Origin: Halocafeteria seosinensis
Taxonomy: Eukaryota
Length of the DNA: 55,899 nt
Assembly: GCA_001687465.1 (NCBI GenBank)
Contig: LVLI01000283.1
Span: 1 to 55,899, forward strand
Reading direction: 5' to 3'
The notes beneath the pieces were generated by a model. It was not told the DNA's origin. It saw only the letters and a program-made list of their open reading frames with translations, and did not search any database. A program made the position numbers and the translations under genes. Positions 24,110-35,697 of this stretch are shown piece by piece. Positions within the stretch are counted from its first letter, which is position 1. Every line of letters begins with the position of its first letter.

Positions 24110-25270
24110 CACGATTCATTCGTATCGTACACTATGAAGAAATCCGATGTTCCTTTCACTTGTCTGTACCACTGTTAAACCTGGAAAGGAACGGAGCTCG
24201 GCAACCAGCCCAGCCACACAGGAATTCCTTTCTGCTGTTTTCACGTCTATCTCTCCAACACACCGACCAAATCCACTGTCTATCTACCTGTATATTTAGA
24301 AATGCAAACGATGATACTCATTTCAAAATGCAAGACACTCATCATGCTCATTGTATAACTGAAAGGAATCCGCCACAGCTTCAACCTGGCACAATTCCTT
24401 TTCACTATCACCAGGACTAATGGAGACAGAGAAGACTTCCCGGGTCCCCTTTAACCACACTACCACCCCTGACGCCCTGACAAGCTCCTACGCGAGTCTA
24501 CATAGAAGCATGAGTGAAGAATAAAGCCCCCATAAGAAGATATCTGGTGCATGGTTTGTTCGTCGTGTACCTACCCTGTATATAGCGCGTTGTAAGTGCT
24601 CCCCTGCGCAATTCGTTTCTCCTTTCAACGCTGAACGTTATCCTCATATGGTTGTTTTGTTCCACAAACCATGCATAATTCCATCTGGAATCCATCATTC
24701 AGTGCTTGCAGTACGTCACGGCAGAGCCTCTACCTGCTTCCGGGCCGAACGCCCGGATCGGCATGTCTCTTTTTCTTCCCCATGGGCCATGGCTGTCGGT
24801 CATTCTGTAGACAGACAGATGTATATTGTATGACTGGACAGTATGGAAGCCCTCATCGAGAGAGAGTGTTATTTTAGTTGGAGCGTTGCTGTGTTAGTGT
24901 TTTATCGATCCATCTTTTCCGTGGTGGGGAGACGGCAAAGAGGAAGAAGTGAATCACACTTTTTTCGTTTTAGCTCTTTAGGAGAAAGCCGAAACTCCCA
25001 CCTCTCCTCTACGAGTTTTTCCTTAAGAAGCGTTCGTGTCATACTCACACAAACGGCACGCACATATAGGTGAAAGTGCAGACGCATGGACACGCGCATA
25101 GACTTGGGAATCCGCTTTCACGACGACTTCTTTGCTGCTTTCACTGCTGCACGGGAAAAGGTATACCGTGTAGTGCCCCAGCCCATGGCCGAAATTGATA
25201 AGTGAATTTGTTCGCGCAGTGAACCTCTCGTTTCACCGTAGGCCAAGACTCTGACGCTGTCCTTGCGAGA

Positions 25271-28200
25271 ATGGTGGTGTACGACACTTCAACTTTCGCG
25301 GGAGGGCCGCGGCAACGAAGTCAAGAAGTCGGAAGCACAAACGTTACGGCTGGAACTGAAACAAATGGTTCCTCGGTTTCCACGTCGTCGACTCGAAGCG
25401 CTACGGTCAATCGTAGTAGAGATGCGTTCGCGGCAGTCGACGCGGGCAGCGCTGGTGAGACGGCACAGCCAACTTCACTCCATGAAGTAGATCCTAACAT
25501 ACACCTCGAAGAGGGTGGAAAAGCGGCAAACTCGTGTGTAGATCATGATAAACGTCAAGTAAACTGTTGCAAGTCTTCAGCAAAAGATCCTGAGTATTCG
25601 ACAAGGGAAACTGCAACAAACGGTGTTACAAGCAAGGATGCCGAAGACAGTTCCAGTCAAGACTCCAAGGAGAACCTGTTATTGTCATGCAATGAACATG
25701 GAGCGAGCTCAAGAAAACGACCAAAGCAGCAGGAACGCAAGTTTGACGGTTCGCAAGCCGAACGATATATCCAGGACGAACCATTGAAATTGACAGAGCA
25801 TCCCGCTCCGGATGCCCCGAATGGGGCATGGTACAGTGATGCTTTCGAAATGAACACATATGATATGGGTGCCTTATCAGCGGAGCCTAGAAGTTCTTCG
25901 ACAGCTATCATCCCTAGTGAAGCATCGTCTCCTTACGCTGGATTAGTCAATCTAGGAGCCACGTGCTATTTGAACAGCTTGCTACAAACCCTGTTTATGA
26001 CTCCAGAGTTTCGCCGGTTGATGTATTCATGGAAGGTAAGATATCTTGGTAAGAGTAATTGCAGTTAACGACGAATGAACTCGGTCTTGCTGTGTCTTCC
26101 TGATGGTCCTACAGTATGACAGCACAGTTGAAGGGACACATGAAGATAGTATTCCCTTTCAACTGCAAAGGCTGTTTGCTATGATGCAGCTATCGTCTGA
26201 CCACTCTATCAGTACTAGGCCCTTAACAAAGTCTTTCCAATGGGATTCATCCGAAGCATTTCAGCAACATGATGTACAGGAGCTAATGCGTGTACTTTTT
26301 GACGCACTTGAGCGAAGTCTGCGAGCTTCTGGTCATCCAACGCCCAACATGATCAACGATCTGTTCCAGGGGCAACTTACTGATTACATCGAGTCGCTCG
26401 ACGAAGCAGCCAATGAGAGCACTGACGATAGCAAGCTGACCCCTCCGAAAGATCACATTGTCAAGCAACACTACGATTACTTTCAGGACCTCTCCCTTGT
26501 TATCAAACCGTTTGGAGCCAACGCTTGCATTTCCAGTGTTGAAGCGGCTTTGGAAGAGTACATCAAGCCTGAAGTACTCAAGAAAGATAATGCCGTGTAC
26601 TTTGAGGAGCTTGATAAGAAACTCCCGGCCTTGAAAGGGCTCCGCATATCAAAATCGCCATACCTTCTTACTCTTCAGCTAAAACGCTTCGAATTGGATT
26701 ATATGAGTCCAACACTGCGCCGAATTAAAATAAATGACCGTGTGACGTTTCCCTTCTTACTGGACTTGAATCCGTTTGTGGGCGACAAAAAACAGCGCGA
26801 CAGAGACGAACCCTCACGCTACTCATCTCTGGCTGAACAGCTTGGCATTGCTGGACAAAATTACGATCGGTTTCTGAATACTGCATACCAGTGGATTGAA
26901 GATAGGGGCCCACATATCTATGAGTTATACAGCGTCCTGGTTCACAGTGGGAGTGCACTCGGAGGCCATTATTACTCATTCATTAAAAACATGAACACAG
27001 GTGTATGGCATAAGTTTAATGATAGTCATGTGACCTCCTGTTCTGTGAAAGAAGTCACTAATACGTTTGGGGATAGCCATAATTTTGGATCTTCCGCAAC
27101 TGCCTATATGCTTGTTTATCGGAAAATTGTTCCTCCAGGCAAAGAGGCTTTAGAAATAACTGGACAGAATGAAGGTGAGAAGGATTCTCACCTTTTGTCT
27201 CTCTCGCATGTAGACTTACGGAGGCTACCGACGCAAGAAGAAGTGCCCCAACATGTCTGTGACATCGTTCGAGAAGAAAACGAAGAGCAAAAGCGCAAAG
27301 AAGAGGCTGAGAAACTTGAGAGGCAGATGAAGACGTTTTTCGTAATTCGAGGAGACGATAAAAGGGAAGTAAGAATTCATGAAGATAGCACCATGAGAGA
27401 TCTTACTCAAGAAGCCTGGAAAATATTCTTTGGGGAGTCTCGGAGAGATACCAATGCCCCCTCCCTCGAGTGCGTACGCCTCCGAGATTGGGACGTTCAC
27501 AATAGCGTTGCGAAAGAACCTCTAGATTCTCCTGAAGTCTTGGAAAAGCCGCTATATAGGACTTCGTTTGTCAACTATAAGAATCTGTATCTCGAGGTGC
27601 GTCCCGAAGACGGTTACTTCGATGAGTACGAATCTACTTCCCTTCTCGTTAAAGTCTACCACTGTGGTAAGCATTCAGAGAGGATTGCCGGTCCAACGAC
27701 TGTTGTTCTCCCCCGCGAAAGCAGTGTCGCGTGCCTCAAGCGTGCAGTAGCAAGAAACACCGAAATTGGCTTCCCTGTAAGCCGACAGCGTGTATATAAG
27801 ATATCCAACAGTTATGTGTGGGATATATCCGTCGACGAGCTCGTGTTGGACTTTGTCAAAGTTAGCTTTGCATCGGCCTCCCCCTTGTACCCAGTTTTTT
27901 ATGTGGAGGATGCGGATGAAGATGTTTTTCATTGCATTTATTCCGAAATTGCATTCGGTACAAGTGACTGCAGTAGCGGTGGAATTACAAGCGAAGCCAA
28001 CGAAAAGACAGGAGAAACCATGGGCTCCTCAAGTGGTGCTACTGTAGGCGGTCCGCCTAATGCTCTCGCGAGTGGTAAGGTGTCCAGCTTCCGTAGGAAG
28101 GACAACTCGTCTCTCTACCGTCGAGATGATGAGTTTGCTACTACAAAACCTCACTTCACGTTCCAAGAATTCTCTGACGCCATGAATAATTTGCCTGATG

Positions 28201-29850
28201 AAGGTTTCCCCCTCTATATGCTTCCAGGGTACTTGCAGCCTCTACTGGATTTTATGCGCGGCCTCTTGGACTACCCAGCACCGACAGACGGGTCTAGGCG
28301 TCTTGAAGACTTAGACAAACACATGTTGCCCAAACTATACTGTGATCAACTAAATCAGATCACGATCAAGTATGCATTACCAGACGAACGGTTTGCAGAC
28401 CATTTCTTGGTGGTGGACCGACGCAGCACTGTGGGACACTTGCGAGAACAGCTGTCCCAAATTGCTGGTATATCAGTAGATCGCTTGATCCTTAAGAAGG
28501 CTACATCGTATGGGTGCCAGCTGAATGAAGACTCCGCTACTTTGGCAGACGAGCGAATATTCCGGGATACTTCGATACATATTGAAGAAGGCCTTCGACT
28601 GAATCCGGGCGAATCTCTGTTGCGATTGTGTGTTATCGATGCATCTCAATCTCCGGGAACAACCTGGTTCTCCCTTAACCCCGATAAGCTCAACACAGAA
28701 GATATATCTGTCAATGAGTGGACACCGGCTCGGTCTCTAGGTGGCTGGCTACCTTGTCCGTCTAATCTAGAGTACTTTGACGAAGATACTTGTCTGCATA
28801 GCTCAGCGGAGAAACAGGATATAGATTCGTCTAACGACAAATACCCACCGGCAAACAAGCAAGTGCTTAAGAATTTAGAAATGCGAATAACGAAGAAGAC
28901 AACAACCGAAGAGCTTAGAGCAAGAGTTCACCAGGTCTTGCTAGACGATTCGCTGATCAGCGAATCACTACCTGTAAACTGTCTCCGCTTGAGACAAGAT
29001 GATCGCGGCTCTCCTGGGGAAGTGTTTCGTCGTGGGAGAAAAGTGGAGTCGCATCATACATTCACGGTAACCTCATCGTACGAAGGATATTGCGAAATCT
29101 TGAATGCACCCGAAGAACTTGACTCTCAGGAGGTGCTGGTGAACACATGCTGGTGGGACAAACTGAGGGGGTTACTCACAACTCCTCGCGAAATGATACT
29201 GCCCAAGGACATACGCGTAGCGGACCTTGCCCCGTCCCTTGCTCTACTCAGCGGTCTCAATGAAGACCAAATTGAGTACGCGAAACCATTCAGCGATCCC
29301 CGAGACAATCCTAAACGGTTAAAATATGAGAGTTGGCGATACCTCGCGGGTCGAATGATGCCTACTTTATGGCTTTGCGATGGCAACCGACTCATTTTTG
29401 CGGATGGAAGCGTAGAGGCACCAACGCCGAATAAGGTAATGTTCTGCTGGCTCCATCTATTATCCTTAAGTGTACTCTTTATTGATAGCGTGATTTGGAT
29501 ATCAAATGCAGGAAGAAACGAGCATGTTTTCGCCGTGGTCATCTACGTATACCCCTCCGCGCAAGACACCGGAGAAAGGCTTACGCATATGGCTGAAGGA
29601 CGAAAGGGCTCAGTCCGAAGGCTGCGACAAGCAAGCTCAGGAAAACGATTGTACTGCAGCGCAATCTGCAATACGTGCCTTTTCAGCAGGCTATGGTAGT
29701 ACCGTGGCCAAAAAGGATAAAACGCGGGAGAATGCCACACGAGAGTATCTACAGTGGCAGAGACAATACGGCGAGCTAGAAGAGGACGAAGACGTAGAGC
29801 TGGCGCACAACGCAGCGGCGCTCTTTGAAGATATCAGCAGTGATGACTAG
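25271..29850 (+). CDS. USP47: Ubiquitin carboxyl-terminal hydrolase, USP47/USP40-like, 3 exons
   Basis: Cys box [62 protein letters not shown]; His box [19 protein letters not shown]...FNDS. C-terminal ubiquitin-like segments. Introns ~26036-26113 and ~29436-29511. Confidence 0.82.
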
Positions 29851-30245
29851 AATAAGTGAGTGCTGACGCATTTTTAATGTTCCTGACGTCTCCTCCGAAC
29901 GATCGTCCGGTGGAGGATAGGATACTCAGGCTGTAGAATCTAATTGCTGCACCTGTCACTCTTTCTTTCTCGAGTGAGAGAAGTAAATAAGCACCCACCA
30001 ATTCGGTTATTTGTAGAGCACAAAGTAAACTTTATTGCAAAGGCATCACTCACTCATGTATCGTTCTGACTTCCCGCCGGTAGTACCCGGTAAGTTAACC
30101 TGACTTCTCGGACTAGTCCCGATTCAGCTGGCAGTATCGTGAATTTCGTTTCCAACTTTCCCATGGCATTGATGTGCCGGATTTCCAGTCATAGACAACT
30201 CGATCAGGCGTAGTTGAAAGGCGTGTACATTACCACATTAATAAG

Positions 30246-30476
30246 ATGGGTGGTGGTAGTAGAATGGAGATGTTGCGCTCAGGAGGAGGTTTGCTGCTGC
30301 GATGGATCGGTCTTGCCTCCTTCATTGTCGCATGCACAAGCGGTATACAATACTATAAGTCTCAGCATGCTCCCCGATCCTTGTCTGAATTGGAAGAGCG
30401 CACCAGCAGACTACGGCATTTGCCACACCCACCGCCCTCGGCCGACACCAAGACTAAGCAGGAACCCGAGAGATAG
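30246..30476 (+). CDS. Putative 76-aa single-pass membrane microprotein
   Basis: ATG-initiated ORF in intergenic space with one hydrophobic segment (LLLRWIGLASFIVACTSGIQYY) followed by a charged tail. No family recognised. Confidence 0.4.
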   Translation: MGGGSRMEMLRSGGGLLLRWIGLASFIVACTSGIQYYKSQHAPRSLSELEERTSRLRHLPHPPPSADTKTKQEPER

Positions 30477-30990
30477 ATGGATACACTTGTACTGTACGTA
30501 GACAGCAACCCAACCCCATCTCACCCTGTTTTGGGGGTGGGGGAGGAGGAATTCCGTCGTTGAAATACAACAGCACATGCGGATTGACGTGCTATGGTTG
30601 CCGAATAGGAAGTTCCTTGGGCACTTATGCGTTAGGTGAAAACAAACCGACATTACGGTACCTCGTCGCACCAGCACCACTGCCATAGTTTCAGGGAAAC
30701 ATCTTGCTGGGAAACTACTGCAGTACCTACCTTGTGATTATCGTGTTGGTGTATTGAGCAAAAACGAACCTCTCAAGACAGTATGCAGCAAGGATTCGAA
30801 GGAAACAAAGAAGGCCCTCTACAATGGATTTGTATGAAATGTTGTCCGAATTGGGAAGCAGAAGCGGACGCAAGCGACCTGTTCGGATCAACATTTTCTT
30901 AAGTTACACTGGGGTCTTGTAACGGAGGATGCCGCCGGTATAATATCACGCTGGCGGGGAGAACAGCACAGTTTCTCCTCCCTTTGCCTG

Positions 30991-31626
30991 ATGTCGCGCC
31001 TTTCACACGTACAGGTACACATATACAAATTTCCGAACGAGGAACATTTCCCTGATATCCGTAACAAAGCTAAGTGTTCCGAGAAGAAGAGAAATCGTTG
31101 GTGGTATTTTACAAAGAATCAGGAGTGCGCAGTTGGACCTCCAAAATATGACGACTTCTCCAGAAACGAGCTCAGAGTTTTTCCTGATACTAGTCATTTT
31201 ATACTCACGGAATGGTGGGTTACAAGATTCAGCCGGAAAGAATATGGCGCATTCAGTGCAGTTGGTTCCTCAGGAACGCTTTAAACACTCCGTCCCTACA
31301 ACCCGTACGACAAGTGGAACTGTGACCAAGGGCATGGATTTGTGTGTTCACAAATGTTCCATGAGGTTGGAATTGAATATGTCTAGCCATCGGTGTGTGC
31401 GAACCAGAGTCTTTCGCAGCTTATAATAGCGCTTGAAGCTCTTGCAAAAGTGGGTTGGTCTCGGTGCGTAGAACAGGAGATCGCTTCATCGTCAAGGTGC
31501 GCCATAAAGCGCAAATTCTGTATCGTCGGTATGTGCTTTCGCTGCTGCGATGCATTGGTCAAATGTCTTCGCAAATCCATGCAAACGAGCGCAAACGCTC
31601 CCTTACTTACGTTCTCCCGTCTTTGA
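30991..31626 (+). pseudogene. Possible pseudogene (weak resemblance to exostosin/GT47 glycosyltransferase N-terminus)
   Basis: One frame runs 30991-31626 with only two internal stops (after ...SSGTL and after ...GIEYV). VHIYKFP and DTSHFILTEWWVTRF loosely echo GT47 IYVYDLP and TxQFxxExxxHxR. Confidence 0.2.
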
Positions 31627-32526
31627 ATTTGAACAGCCAAGTTGCTGAGCCTTGGCACGCGAACCACTCGTCACTGGTCACCAGCCTACCAGCCAGAGTC
31701 AGACTGTCTGACAGCTTCCATTGAGATTGTTAGTGACATCTGATGAAAATTTCCGTTCAAAGTAGTATAGCATTTCCTCTACCTACAATCAACACATTTC
31801 GGCTTCTATTATCGAATCGTGTTCTTGAGCATTGCTCGCGCCAGATCACTCTTGTCGTCTTGGCTTTGTCTCGTTCTGTATAAACGCTTGCAAGTTATTC
31901 GAAAGTGATCCACGTAGATAGTTCATGTTATCGGTTACTTGCAAACTACACCGGTAATCATGTATGCCGTATTGTAGATCCCGTGGGGCGAAAGAGCCGT
32001 TGCGTTTCTTTTCCACCCACCGGCCTACCACAAACCCAGCGAACCAAACGTACCCTCAGTTCACTGTTTGGAGAGAAAGAAGGGAGGGAGAATAGGTGAA
32101 CTAAATTGAGGTGGGGAAGAGTATCCACGAAGCGACCCTAAGGTTCTCAACACCCCACCCGTACTGGACGAACAAGCTCTAATTCGGTGGAAGAAGTCAG
32201 ATTCATTTAACGGAGGCGTGCACAACAACAAAACGTTACATTTTCAACCTATGAAATTCTCTGCCTCAAATACTCTTGACGCTGGAAGACCACGAAGTCT
32301 GTCCCCGACCAGCACCCATAATACAACCAGTGTTGCGGTTCATGATCTTCAGGGGCGACTATGGAACACAGTTTGCAACTTCTTGCTATCATTCTGGCAA
32401 ACTGCACAATCTATACTGCTCGAGATATTTCATGAAGCAGGTGCATTTCCGGGGAAAACCCAACGACCGCGAAGCCATATTCGGATGTCGCAGAGCTGCG
32501 GAACCAAATCATTCAGATTTTGGCGC

Positions 32527-35500
32527 ATGTTATCACCGGATGGAGTGGGTATATTAGCATGCCTAATAGCGATGACGATGCTGACATCCACTAGTGTAGC
32601 CGCAAATGATTTGCGCAGCAGCATCATAGCGGGAGAAGAGCCATGCTTTCAGCATTTTCCTCAGGAAATGTTGTTTCAGATGAATTGTAGTGTGTTGGCA
32701 TGGGAAGCCCAACTGTATGGCAGCAAGACTCACATTTCCGTTGGTGTAAATGAGACATTTGATGGTGGAAATAACATCGTTGACTTGAAAGGGATAGAGG
32801 ACTTCGAGGGATTAATTGCTATTGTAGCCTCTACAGTTGGACCCAATGATGAAACTCCGTTGGTGAACAATGTCCATGTCCAGAATGGAGCACTAAGCAT
32901 GTTTTGGAGTGGGTTTGTTGTCAGAAAGGGAGCAAAGTACGTTGCAATTGATTCATGTAGCGCAACAGGAGATGTTGGCGGAATTGGTGCTGGCGGTATC
33001 TGCGGTGCCTTCTGTGGCAAAAACGGTGAGGCCAAAATATCGAATTGCAGTTCTACAGGTAGAATAAAGGCTGAAAGTGCCGGGGGTATCACGGGAAGCG
33101 CTGTGGGTCGCAGTGGCGACGTTGCTCACATCACACGATGTTATTCCACGGGCGATATTGAGGGAAACGGAGCAGGTGGTATCACAGGAACGAGAGCAGG
33201 GGATCGCAAGGGGAGTGTTTTTATCACACAGAGCTATTCCACTGGGGCTGTGCGAGGAAACAGAGTAGGTGGTATTACAGGGAACAACCCCGAGAATGTG
33301 AACATAGCGGGATGTTATTCCAGTGGGAATGTTGTAGGCGAAGGAGCAGGAGGCATCACCGGGGATAAAAGTTTAGACGCCGCTGCGACTCTTAATATCA
33401 CTAGTTGTTACTCGTCTGGAAATATCGAAGGCGAGGAAGCAGGCGGTTTAACAGGAGGCAGGGTAGAACGTGCAGGCGGAATTGTTCATATCTCACGATG
33501 TCATTCTACCGGCAAAATTGCGGGATCTAAAGCAGGCGGAATCACAGGCATGGGGGCAGACCAAAACGGTGGGATCATCAATATCACGCTGAGTCATTCA
33601 ACAGGGAATGTGGAAGGTAGCAAGGCAGGTGGTATAGCAGGAGCCGAAGCCGGAGCAAATCAGGGTACTTTACGTATCACCAAATGCTATTCCACCGGGA
33701 AGATTGAAGGAGGCGGGACAGGTGGCATATGTGGAGAGCAACCTGGCCGTAAGCATGGTATTGTTCATATCATTCAATCGTCCTCCAAAGGGCTTATAAG
33801 CGGAAACAGCGCCGGTGGAATCACCGGTACTGGTTTCAACCTTGGTAGCCAGCCGAATTATGGTAAAGTTTACATAATTGAGTGCTACAGTCAAGGACCT
33901 ATTGAAGGCACGTATGCTGGTGGTATATGTGGAAATTATGCCGGTAGTTCGAAAGCTCAAGTGGCTATCAGACGTTCATACTCCACCGGCAATATTGTTG
34001 GGGATGAGAGTGGTGGTATCACCGGAGACTTAACAGCAGCTGAAGAGGGCGAGGTATATATTTCAAATTGTTATACCAGAGGAGAAATTGCTGGTGCTAG
34101 TGCAGGAGGTATTACAGGTTCGGAGACGGGGGGTGAGATCGACCCCACGGGTAATGTGTACATTGATAACACATATGCTTCCGGAGCTATCAAGGGTCAG
34201 CAGGCCGGCGGAATCATTGGAAATATACTTGAGAGCGCGAAGGGTGCGATACAAGTTCAACACTCACTGTATAATGGCACTAATGGACAAATCGTCGGCT
34301 CGGACCCAGGAGACAACCTCCAAATTTTGGGAAATTCAGGCAATTTAAGTGATATACGAGGTCAACTATACCACTGTCACAGGCTACAAGAGTGGAATGA
34401 CGAGAACTGGGCCTTTACTGAACGCGACTCGTTGCCTATTTTGCGCTTCCAGCTGCCATCTCCCTCTCCAGCCCCAACACTGCCGGCAACAGCTTCTCCT
34501 ACTGGTTCAACCACCCCGTCTTCGTCCTCAAGTTCGTCGCAGTCTGCAACTGCTACTTATACCAGCACTTCAACACCCACCGGCTCTGGAACTCCGACTG
34601 GTTCAATTACACCCTCCGGTACGCCAACGAGGAGCCCTTCCAACATCCCCCGCTCAAACTCTTCCCAGACAATACTGTCTGGTTGTGGGAAAACGTTTCG
34701 CTTCAATTGTGTAACAAGCACCTTCCCTTCATCAAAAGCCGTAGATAGAGAATCTGCAATGAATCACTCCTCGCCAGCGATGAACATATCCGTGCAGAGT
34801 GTTCATGGTAAGCAACCAAGGACACACACCAAATGTCAGGTGAATTCGTGGGGGCAACACAGCAGCAAAGACTCCTTGTATTTTGGGTGTCAAGAGGCAT
34901 TTCGGGAGACAGGATTAGTGTCACTGATTCCAGTTGAATATATTCTAACGCTGAAAACCAATTCTACCTGCCGTGGCCGACAAGCGAATACTGTAGGATG
35001 TCGTCAGTACGAGTACGAAGGCCGGGTAAAACTTTTAGAAAATATCGATGAGCTTGCTAGAAAACACCTCGCAATAAAATCTCAAGAAAGTAACAAGCGT
35101 AATCTACAGCATGAAGCTATTCGTCTGTTTCTGCCATTAGACGTGGAAATTTTGCTGGGTGATGAAACTATATTAAGTAACCGTCAGGAGCTTGAGATTG
35201 ACGTGGGACATGTATCGCTCTCGGAGGCGTCTTCAGAAAGCAAATACGCGCTATCGGTATATCCTGATAACCTCGAAATTTCGTTGTCTCGCGAGAGGGG
35301 TAGTGCCGCAAACGAGTTTAGGTCTTTGACTCTGACTGTGGTGCCAGGGGTCCGAGTCTCGTGGGGTGTCTCACAAAACGCGCGATCGTTCCTACTTATT
35401 CCCGATGACGAACAGTTCGCGGACGATACTTCGGGGGTTGCGTCAGTTCATAGGAACGTTACTGCTGTTGGACATCTACTGCCGGCTGGTGTTACCTCTT

Positions 35501-35697
35501 CTCTCTTGACCATAGACTTTCTAAACTTGAAAGATGCGTTGCTTAAGTCGGTAAACATACAAGTACAATTTAATGTGAGCCAGGCTACGGCTAAAGTGGA
35601 TACATTGTCGACGCAGCCCAAAGTGTTAGTGAAGTTGAAACCATTCGCCCGTTGCGTTTATATAATGTTGGGGATCTACCTATGGACTGGAAGATAA
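32527..35697 (+). CDS. GLUG-like repeat surface receptor paralogue A, N-terminal part (frameshifted)
   Basis: Signal-peptide-like GILACLIAMTMLTSTSVAA, then NDLRSSIIAGEEPCF, matching paralogue B's NLRESILSGQEPCF. 14 repeats of (C/S)xSxGxIxGxxAGGIxG (32956-34221) and a Ser/Thr/Pro stalk (~34456-34670). Upstream in-frame ATG at 32251 also possible. Confidence 0.75.
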   Translation: MLSPDGVGILACLIAMTMLTSTSVAANDLRSSIIAGEEPCFQHFPQEMLFQMNCSVLAWEAQLYGSKTHISVGVNETFDGGNNIVDLKGIEDFEGLIAIVASTVGPNDETPLVNNVHVQNGALSMFWSGFVVRKGAKYVAIDSCSATGDVGGIGAGGICGAFCGKNGEAKISNCSSTGRIKAESAGGITGSAVGRSGDVAHITRCYSTGDIEGNGAGGITGTRAGDRKGSVFITQSYSTGAVRGNRVGGITGNNPENVNIAGCYSSGNVVGEGAGGITGDKSLDAAATLNITSCYSSGNIEGEEAGGLTGGRVERAGGIVHISRCHSTGKIAGSKAGGITGMGADQNGGIINITLSHSTGNVEGSKAGGIAGAEAGANQGTLRITKCYSTGKIEGGGTGGICGEQPGRKHGIVHIIQSSSKGLISGNSAGGITGTGFNLGSQPNYGKVYIIECYSQGPIEGTYAGGICGNYAGSSKAQVAIRRSYSTGNIVGDESGGITGDLTAAEEGEVYISNCYTRGEIAGASAGGITGSETGGEIDPTGNVYIDNTYASGAIKGQQAGGIIGNILESAKGAIQVQHSLYNGTNGQIVGSDPGDNLQILGNSGNLSDIRGQLYHCHRLQEWNDENWAFTERDSLPILRFQLPSPSPAPTLPATASPTGSTTPSSSSSSSQSATATYTSTSTPTGSGTPTGSITPSGTPTRSPSNIPRSNSSQTILSGCGKTFRFNCVTSTFPSSKAVDRESAMNHSSPAMNISVQSVHGKQPRTHTKCQVNSWGQHSSKDSLYFGCQEAFRETGLVSLIPVEYILTLKTNSTCRGRQANTVGCRQYEYEGRVKLLENIDELARKHLAIKSQESNKRNLQHEAIRLFLPLDVEILLGDETILSNRQELEIDVGHVSLSEASSESKYALSVYPDNLEISLSRERGSAANEFRSLTLTVVPGVRVSWGVSQNARSFLLIPDDEQFADDTSGVASVHRNVTAVGHLLPAGVTSSLLTIDFLNLKDALLKSVNIQVQFNVSQATAKVDTLSTQPKVLVKLKPFARCVYIMLGIYLWTGR

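Noticed and set aside
11505..29850. Apparent proteostasis cluster (PP4R1, ASCC3, TUL1, USP47)
   Set aside because: Unrelated pathways and mixed orientations; this adjacency is expected by chance in a gene-dense eukaryote.
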